Shown piece by piece: positions 58,258 through 64,000 of a DNA stretch of 64,000 nucleotides (the first letter of the stretch is position 1; each line of letters starts with the position of its first letter). A model generated the notes under the pieces. That model saw only the letters and a program-made list of their open reading frames with translations. It searched no databases and was not told the origin of the DNA. This DNA is from a virus. Its lineage: Duplodnaviria > Caudoviricetes. Location of the stretch: IMG/VR virus record IMGVR_UViG_3300020037_002731, positions 20,352-84,351 of that record; one strand, 5' to 3'. The translations under genes and the position numbers were made by a program.

Positions 58258-59130
58258 TTATGTTAAATTGAGAGTAACAGAAGTTCTTTCTGAATCTGTC
58301 ATATCTGCTTGTACTCTATCTACTGTATCATTTATATCCCTAAATGTTACTGTAGCTAATCCTCCACCTAAATCTACAATTGTACTTTTTCCTGCCGCTA
58401 CTGCTGTAAGTAACTTTAACATTTCTCCTGCTGTATAAGCTCCCTCAAGTACTTCTGTCCAAGGATTACTTGCTGATCCAGCATCATTCATTTTTTCACC
58501 CATTGTTCCTGTTGCATTATAACTAGCTGCTAATGCATTCCATACTCCATCAACAATTTGTTGTACTGTTTCTTCTGATTGATTTACATATATGTGAGCC
58601 TCCATTGAAAGAGTTCCTCTTAATGCTGCTGTAACAGAACTAGTTCCTGCTAGTGCAGAATTCATAAATGCTACTACATTTAATCCAGCAGTTAAACTTC
58701 CAGTACTACTTATTGATGATGCTAAAGAAGTTATTCCTACTAAAGATGCTACTGTTATTGTACCTGATCCACTTAATGTAGCTGCTAGTTGAGTTATTAA
58801 AGATAAATTAGCTGCTGATATAGTACCACTTCCTGTTAATGAACTTAGTATATTAATACCCATTGATAATCCACTAACTTGTGAACCTACTCCTTCTAGT
58901 TGATTAGTGGCACTTAATAAAGCTCCACTATCTCCCATTATAATTGAATAAGGAATATTAGTCCCTGTAGGAAAACTATCTCTTTTTATTTGCTCTATAT
59001 TATCATCTGTTTGTGCTTTACCATAATAACCTCTCATTGTGTGAGGGCTTATAAATTGACATGGGTTTGTTATGCCACTATGATTATGCCCACAAATTTG
59101 GTTTATATATGAGTAATTACAAATTAACAT
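58258..59130 (-). CDS. Structural fibre/decoration protein with S/T-G-x-G repeats
   Basis: LTGSGTISAA / LSGSGTITVA repeats; C-terminal VTFRDINDTVDRVQA domain. Confidence 0.65.
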   Translation of the reverse strand: MLICNYSYINQICGHNHSGITNPCQFISPHTMRGYYGKAQTDDNIEQIKRDSFPTGTNIPYSIIMGDSGALLSATNQLEGVGSQVSGLSMGINILSSLTGSGTISAANLSLITQLAATLSGSGTITVASLVGITSLASSISSTGSLTAGLNVVAFMNSALAGTSSVTAALRGTLSMEAHIYVNQSEETVQQIVDGVWNALAASYNATGTMGEKMNDAGSASNPWTEVLEGAYTAGEMLKLLTAVAAGKSTIVDLGGGLATVTFRDINDTVDRVQADMTDSERTSVTLNLT

Positions 59131-60309
59131 TTAATTCCACACAAAATTTAATTGTCCTGATATTGCACTAGATACTGGAGTTGCTGCACCTGATCCCCAT
59201 CCAAAGTATAAAGCAGCCCCATCATAAATTCTTGGCATACTTGGGTATTCAAATAAAAAGTTTCTTTCACTTGCTAAACCTAATGTTGATATTGGAAATC
59301 TAGCTAGTTCTTTTATTAAGAGAACAGTATATGTTCCTGATACATAACTAATAGAATTTTGAATAGTGTTTATTTCTGCAATACCAGCATCACCAGCTTG
59401 TAAAGGCATTACATAATTATATTTACCTGTACCTGTAGCCCCTGTATAAATTATTTGAGAATTTGGACAAGCTGTTTTACCAATAGGAAGAACAGTAGGT
59501 GTAGCTCTTGAAGCTGTTTGAGCTGAATTAGTATAACCTAAACTCATGTTAGGTGTAGCTGCTCCTAATGCTGTTGAAGCAGGATTAATAATAATTGCTT
59601 GAACTCCTGCTCCATTAGTGTATCTTGGTAATAACCAGTTTAAAGTATGTGTTCCTGTACCAGTTGTAGTAATATCAATAGCTGTACTTGCAATTGCATT
59701 AGCATATGAAGTAGCTAGTTTATAAGTAGTATTATCTATTCTTATTAAATAGTAATCAGTAGCTAAAGCTAATGGTGCTGGTAATGTTGTTGTTGTTGTA
59801 CATCTAACTCTTGTTCCAGTAAGTAAATTACTTGGTAAAGAAGTTGTTGATGTATAAGTCATTATATCTGTTGTATCATCAGCAGTAAAAGTAGCTGTTC
59901 TAGTTGATATAGTATTAGTTGTAGCTTGAGCAGATGTAGTAGTAACAGTTGTTACTCTATAATAACCTATAACATCCCAAAGAACTAGAGTACCTGGAGC
60001 CATAGTAGCTGCTGCTGTTACAGCGTGTCCACTTAGTAAATATTTATTATAACTACTAGCTTGAACATTGCCTCCATGTTGTAAACATCCTGCTGAAGCT
60101 GTTGTATCTTCTACTGGTATAAATGTTAAGTTAGCACCTGTATCAAATAAAGCATCAGCACCAGGATTACCAGCACCCCTTGCTAAAGAATGCCACTCAT
60201 TTGCAACACACACTGTAGTAGGCTGCATATTTTTTCCAAAAGGTGCATTCCAAGTTTGCCCTAAACTTAAAGCATTAATTATTTGGTCATTACTTGCAAA
60301 TCCACTCAT
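59131..60309 (-). CDS. Structural protein, paralogue of 60601..61464, with an inserted beta domain
   Basis: MSGFAS..., LWDVIGYY, RYTNGAGVQ, PLQAGDAGI and MPRIYDGAAL shared with the paralogue. Confidence 0.65.
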   Translation of the reverse strand: MSGFASNDQIINALSLGQTWNAPFGKNMQPTTVCVANEWHSLARGAGNPGADALFDTGANLTFIPVEDTTASAGCLQHGGNVQASSYNKYLLSGHAVTAAATMAPGTLVLWDVIGYYRVTTVTTTSAQATTNTISTRTATFTADDTTDIMTYTSTTSLPSNLLTGTRVRCTTTTTLPAPLALATDYYLIRIDNTTYKLATSYANAIASTAIDITTTGTGTHTLNWLLPRYTNGAGVQAIIINPASTALGAATPNMSLGYTNSAQTASRATPTVLPIGKTACPNSQIIYTGATGTGKYNYVMPLQAGDAGIAEINTIQNSISYVSGTYTVLLIKELARFPISTLGLASERNFLFEYPSMPRIYDGAALYFGWGSGAATPVSSAISGQLNFVWN

Positions 60310-60331
60310 AATATTTTATTTTAAATTACTA

Positions 60332-60586
60332 TTAGTTTAATACTGGAGATTTTTCATTCATAATCCCTCTACCATAATTATTATTTACCGCTTCTTCCCT
60401 TGTTAAATAAGTGGAATCTTTATAAACAGCTAATATAAATTTAGCTGCTTCTATATTTCCAAGTCTAATTCCAATAGTTGCTGAAAAAAGATATTTAAAT
60501 AGCATATCTAAATTATTTCCAGTAGCGTTCATAAAAGACTCTGTGTTTAAAGTTTCTTTTATTTCTTTTATTCTTTTTTCTTCCAT
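60332..60586 (-). CDS. Hypothetical protein (84 aa)
   Basis: Start reassigned to ATG 60586 (MEEKR) to remove the overlap with the upstream gene. Confidence 0.45.
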   Translation of the reverse strand: MEEKRIKEIKETLNTESFMNATGNNLDMLFKYLFSATIGIRLGNIEAAKFILAVYKDSTYLTREEAVNNNYGRGIMNEKSPVLN

Positions 60587-60600
60587 TATTTTTTTTTTAA

Positions 60601-61464
60601 TTATTCTGTCCATATTACTTTTAAATCTCCTCTTAAAACTGTTGCTGCTAAACTTCCTAAAGGCAAGCATAAAAATCCTAAAAAGGCATCATCATATATT
60701 CTAATTAAATCACTTGTAGGTATTAAAAAATCTTTTTCGTAAGGTACTGTTATTTCTCTAAAACAAGTTTGTACTAAAGGTTTAACCAATACTAATGCAA
60801 AAAGACCTGTATCAATTCCTAACATTGTTACTGATTCAATACTTCTAACTCCACTATCTCCTAATTGTAATCCTATAAAAGGATTGCTTGCATTAATAGT
60901 TGCTCTATTACTTCCAATTACATTACCTACAACTGTAGAAGTATTCATAGTAACTGTTTGACTTACTCTTCCTGCAACTCCATCTGAATTAGTGTATGTA
61001 AAAAAGAATTGCTGCCCACCTGTTCCTGCATTAGTTTGTATTGCCATTACTTGTACTCCTTTACCATCAGAGTATCTAGGTAAAGTATTTACATTAACCA
61101 TATTTTGTTGATCCAAAGATCCTTCATCTATAAAAGGATAAAATAAAAGATAATCACAAAGAATAGTATTTAAAGGAAGTGCTGTTACTGCACTAGCTTG
61201 TGTTGTAATTCTTCTTAAGTATTTTTCACTAGGACTAACATTTGCACCATGATATAATCCACCATCAGTACTTTGTTTTAATTGGGTAGCAGTTAATATC
61301 CCTCCAATATAATATTGTGGAGGAGGCATACCTGGACTCATTGAAGTATCAAACCAAAGTCCTGTAATTGTAGTTTGTGAGGGAGTTTTTCTCCAAATGT
61401 AATTTCTTACCTTCCCCTCAAGTTCTGCATCAACTACTTGTCCTATACTCTTGAATCCTGCCAT
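60601..61464 (-). CDS. Structural protein, paralogue of 59131..60309
   Basis: MAGFKS..., LCDYLLFY, RYSDGKGVQ, IGLQLGDSGV and IRIYDDAFL. Confidence 0.65.
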   Translation of the reverse strand: MAGFKSIGQVVDAELEGKVRNYIWRKTPSQTTITGLWFDTSMSPGMPPPQYYIGGILTATQLKQSTDGGLYHGANVSPSEKYLRRITTQASAVTALPLNTILCDYLLFYPFIDEGSLDQQNMVNVNTLPRYSDGKGVQVMAIQTNAGTGGQQFFFTYTNSDGVAGRVSQTVTMNTSTVVGNVIGSNRATINASNPFIGLQLGDSGVRSIESVTMLGIDTGLFALVLVKPLVQTCFREITVPYEKDFLIPTSDLIRIYDDAFLGFLCLPLGSLAATVLRGDLKVIWTE

Positions 61465-61682
61465 TAAGCATTAAATTGACTTTTACCATAAGCATTCCCT
61501 TCCATATTACATACTATAGGAGCTAGTCTTGTAGTATAATACTTTTTACCAAAAAAATGTTTAAATTTCTCAATAAAATTTTCTGGACTTCTTTCTCTTT
61601 TAACAGTACATTTACAAGCCCTAATGGGTTCTGGTAAATTCTGTACCAATACTCCTTTTCCACAAACTGAACAAGTGTACAT
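61464..61682 (-). CDS. Small Cys-containing protein
   Basis: MYTCSVCG...ACKC; coupled to the next gene. Confidence 0.6.
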   Translation of the reverse strand: MYTCSVCGKGVLVQNLPEPIRACKCTVKRERSPENFIEKFKHFFGKKYYTTRLAPIVCNMEGNAYGKSQFNA

Positions 61683-61704
61683 ATTTATCTTTATTTAAAA
61701 ATTA

Positions 61705-62148
61705 TTAATCTTCTGTAACTATCAAAGCTCCAATTGCAAATTGTGGTTGGATACCACTTGATACAGATCTTGATGCTGTTAATGCCCCACTATAAAGTAT
61801 CACCCCTGCTGTTGGATAAGCTGATGTACCTATACTTACATAAGTAATAGTTTCTGAACCTCCAGTACATTCTGGAAATTGAGCTAGTGCTGCATTAGAA
61901 ACAGAGTTACCAGCTACAGTCCATCCTGCACCACTACGAGCTACTGCTACTCTATCATAAGATGTGTAAGCACACTCATTAGTTGTTTGGTCTCCAGCCT
62001 CACCTGGATCTCCTGTATGTAAAGCTAAATATAAACTTCCTGCAACTGCTGAATTTTGTAATCCAGCAGCATCTCCAATATTTGCTATATCTGTATTATT
62101 AAATAGTAACAGTAATAGACTGTTTTCAAATGAATTTGATTTACTCAT
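61705..62148 (-). CDS. Phage tail fibre-associated protein (Gp80-like family)
   Basis: LYLALHTGDPGE...YTSYDRVAV...VSNAALAQFP...ILYSGAL...FAIGAL. Confidence 0.8.
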   Translation of the reverse strand: MSKSNSFENSLLLLLFNNTDIANIGDAAGLQNSAVAGSLYLALHTGDPGEAGDQTTNECAYTSYDRVAVARSGAGWTVAGNSVSNAALAQFPECTGGSETITYVSIGTSAYPTAGVILYSGALTASRSVSSGIQPQFAIGALIVTED

Positions 62149-62174
62149 ATTTTATATTTTTTATATATTTATTC

Positions 62175-62399
62175 TTACCACCCACTAGGAAAATATGAAT
62201 TAGAAGATCCTGAACTAAATGCTATAAAATCTTCTGCACTTAATAATCCTGTATTTGTAGCACTTGCTATTGGAATATTAAATGTTACTACATTTTTATA
62301 TCCTGATTTAGAATCCCCAATAAGAGCTTTAATAATATTAAAGTCTGTGCCCTTCTGCCCAGTTCTAAATATTAAATCATCTATTGTTATGGAGGTCAT
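62175..62399 (-). CDS. Short fibre-anchor-like protein
   Basis: IPIASATNTGLLSAEDF motif; C-terminal SYFPSGW. Confidence 0.55.
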   Translation of the reverse strand: MTSITIDDLIFRTGQKGTDFNIIKALIGDSKSGYKNVVTFNIPIASATNTGLLSAEDFIAFSSGSSNSYFPSGW

Positions 62400-62614
62400 T
62401 TCTTAATTAAATTTTTTAAAAACATTTTAAACTCTGTAATTCCAAAATCAAAGTTATTGATACTGAAGTACTTATCTCTGTAATAATTAAGATGGAATAT
62501 GTTTGTTACTGGATTGTGTAAATATTGTACTTCAGCTTTATTCTTAGTTAGTAATAATTCTTTAATTTCCTGTAAATCTTGTTCTTCTTTATTCATTAGA
62601 ATAGTTTTGATCAA
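62396..62614 (-). CDS. Hypothetical protein
   Basis: 72-aa ORF. Confidence 0.45.
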   Translation of the reverse strand: MIKTILMNKEEQDLQEIKELLLTKNKAEVQYLHNPVTNIFHLNYYRDKYFSINNFDFGITEFKMFLKNLIKK

Positions 62615-63059
62615 ATCTTACATCTAGTCTAAAAAATAGATTTTCTATCTTACTATTTGTTAAATGTGTAACAGGGTTAAAACCTTTAATGTGAAATCCT
62701 TCATTTTCTGATTCAAATTCTTTAATCAAATCATTAATTTGTCTTTGTAATTTCTGTACTTTTTCTTTCATATTACTTTCTTTTACTTCTTTTTTCTTTG
62801 TAAGCTCTAAATATCTTTTATCTATAAACTCTTCTCCTACTCTACCTTTAAACCCTTTAATATCATATACTGGGTATCTAGTATCATCCCATTCCCCATA
62901 CCAAGTTTTCTTTTGATTTGGATTTACCCATATGTAAGAATCTGTTAATACTTCATATTCTTGCTCTCCATTTGTAATAATATCTCCTTTACTAAAACTA
63001 CTGTATTCAAATACTACTTTGTTTTCTTCTAATACTTCTGTTACTAAATTAACTGTCAT
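62589..63059 (-). CDS. Hypothetical protein
   Basis: 156-aa ORF with an A-rich leader. Confidence 0.55.
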   Translation of the reverse strand: MTVNLVTEVLEENKVVFEYSSFSKGDIITNGEQEYEVLTDSYIWVNPNQKKTWYGEWDDTRYPVYDIKGFKGRVGEEFIDKRYLELTKKKEVKESNMKEKVQKLQRQINDLIKEFESENEGFHIKGFNPVTHLTNSKIENLFFRLDVRFDQNYSNE

Positions 63060-63305
63060 TTCTTTTTAACTTTAATTATTATACTGTTTGCCCTTCGCAA
63101 ACTCAAACCCCTGGCTCTCAAACCTAATGTTAAGCCAGATTGAGCACTCTTAACAAAATTGGAGTTTTTAAGTAAACTACCACAAAACCTTTATTTAAAT
63201 AATTTTCACATTGACAGACATCATCCAACTTTTATTAGGGAATGTCTGGAGTCCTTTTAGCTTAAAGTACTAAGGAAGAACACTTCAATAAAGAAGATTT
63301 TTTTA

Positions 63306-63764
63306 TTATTTATTTAAATGCTCAATAGCACTAAGAAGAATATTTTTATTTTCTTTAAGTAACCCAATTCCAGAATTACAAGCATAACATAATAATCCTC
63401 TTACTTCTCCTGTCTTATGATCATGGTCAACTACTAAATTATTATAAACATCCTTACAAATTAAACATTTACTTTCTTGATTTTTTAATAAAATATTATA
63501 GTCTTCTAAGGTTATTCCATAATTATATTTTAAAGTACTATTCTTTTTTAATTGTTTTCTATCTAATCCTTTAATTTTCTCTTTTTTAATTTCACTCTTA
63601 GAGGATAGTCCTTCTCTTTTTCTCCTTCTACTTTCTTTTCTTTCTTCTACTGAACATTTCCTACAATATACTGATTTGCCATCTTTTTGAGATTTATTAT
63701 TATTAAAATTACTTAATAACAAATTTTCTTTACAACAAGGACAATATTTAAATTCTATTTCCAT
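63306..63764 (-). CDS. Endonuclease VII-like (His-Me finger) nuclease, probably homing
   Basis: CPCC...YCRKC Zn ribbon; YGIT...CLIC...VVDHDHKTGEVRGLLCYACNSGIG. Confidence 0.9.
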   Translation of the reverse strand: MEIEFKYCPCCKENLLLSNFNNNKSQKDGKSVYCRKCSVEERKESRRRKREGLSSKSEIKKEKIKGLDRKQLKKNSTLKYNYGITLEDYNILLKNQESKCLICKDVYNNLVVDHDHKTGEVRGLLCYACNSGIGLLKENKNILLSAIEHLNK

Positions 63765-63801
63765 TTACTCACACAAGATTTGTTATATTAAAATTCTACT
63801 G

Positions 63802-63833
63802 CAAAGATACAGCTTATTTTTGAAATAACCTAA
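63802..63833 (-). promoter_or_regulatory. Bacteroidota-type promoter for the EndoVII gene
   Basis: TTAG-N20-TATCTTTG(CAG). Confidence 0.75.
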
Positions 63834-64000
63834 TCTGTACTTTATGTACCTGATAAGGTATAATTTCTTTAATTTTAAGGAATTAGTACCTTAAAGGGTA
63901 TAAAATTAGCTATTTAAAAATAAATTTGAATAAATAGACTTTATATATCCTAAAAATTCTTCTTCTACAAAATCACTCTTCATTAAGTTTACTCCACTAC

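Noticed and set aside
60587-60670. N-terminal extension of the 112-aa track ORF 60332..60670
   Set aside because: It overlaps the 3' end of the 287-aa gene and runs through a poly-A tract; the downstream ATG 60586 is more plausible.
1-64000. Stop-codon reassignment (TAG=Gln or TGA=Trp), as in some crAss lineages
   Set aside because: Long genes are intact in the standard code; TAG ends the MCP (43704, followed by a terminator) and ring 1, TGA ends the IHF-like gene at 26012; no suppressor tRNA was seen.
1-64000. CRISPR array or rRNA
   Set aside because: No regularly spaced repeats or rRNA-like sequence; the genome is almost fully coding.

Overview
A 64-kb, AT-rich segment of a crAss-like (Crassvirales-type) Bacteroidota phage. 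Essentially all real genes are on the minus strand, and TAA, TAG and TGA all act as stops, so the code is standard. In transcription order (right to left) it carries: an endonuclease VII-type nuclease, a fibre/decoration cassette, a DUF559-like nuclease, a lipoprotein with a glycoside-hydrolase-like fold, a divergent Tad1-like protein, RepL/IHF-like proteins, an M15 endolysin, tRNA-Cys and tRNA-Ser, a TerS candidate, a free-standing catalytically dead Hint-domain gene, TerL, portal, scaffold, major capsid, ring/auxiliary capsid/fibre/hub genes, an inserted accessory operon, ring and muzzle proteins, and the ejected cargo proteins. The cargo includes a 4068-aa virion RNA polymerase polyprotein that also carries an HExxH zincin, an ASCH-like domain and a C-terminal SF1B helicase. 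It is followed by small polyvalent-type modules (an inserted P-loop domain, an ART-like domain). Host-type Bacteroidota promoters (TTTG-N20-TAnnTTTG) are visible. Genome-wide, CG is almost absent while GTAC is strongly enriched. All family assignments come from motif recognition by eye; no database searches were run.
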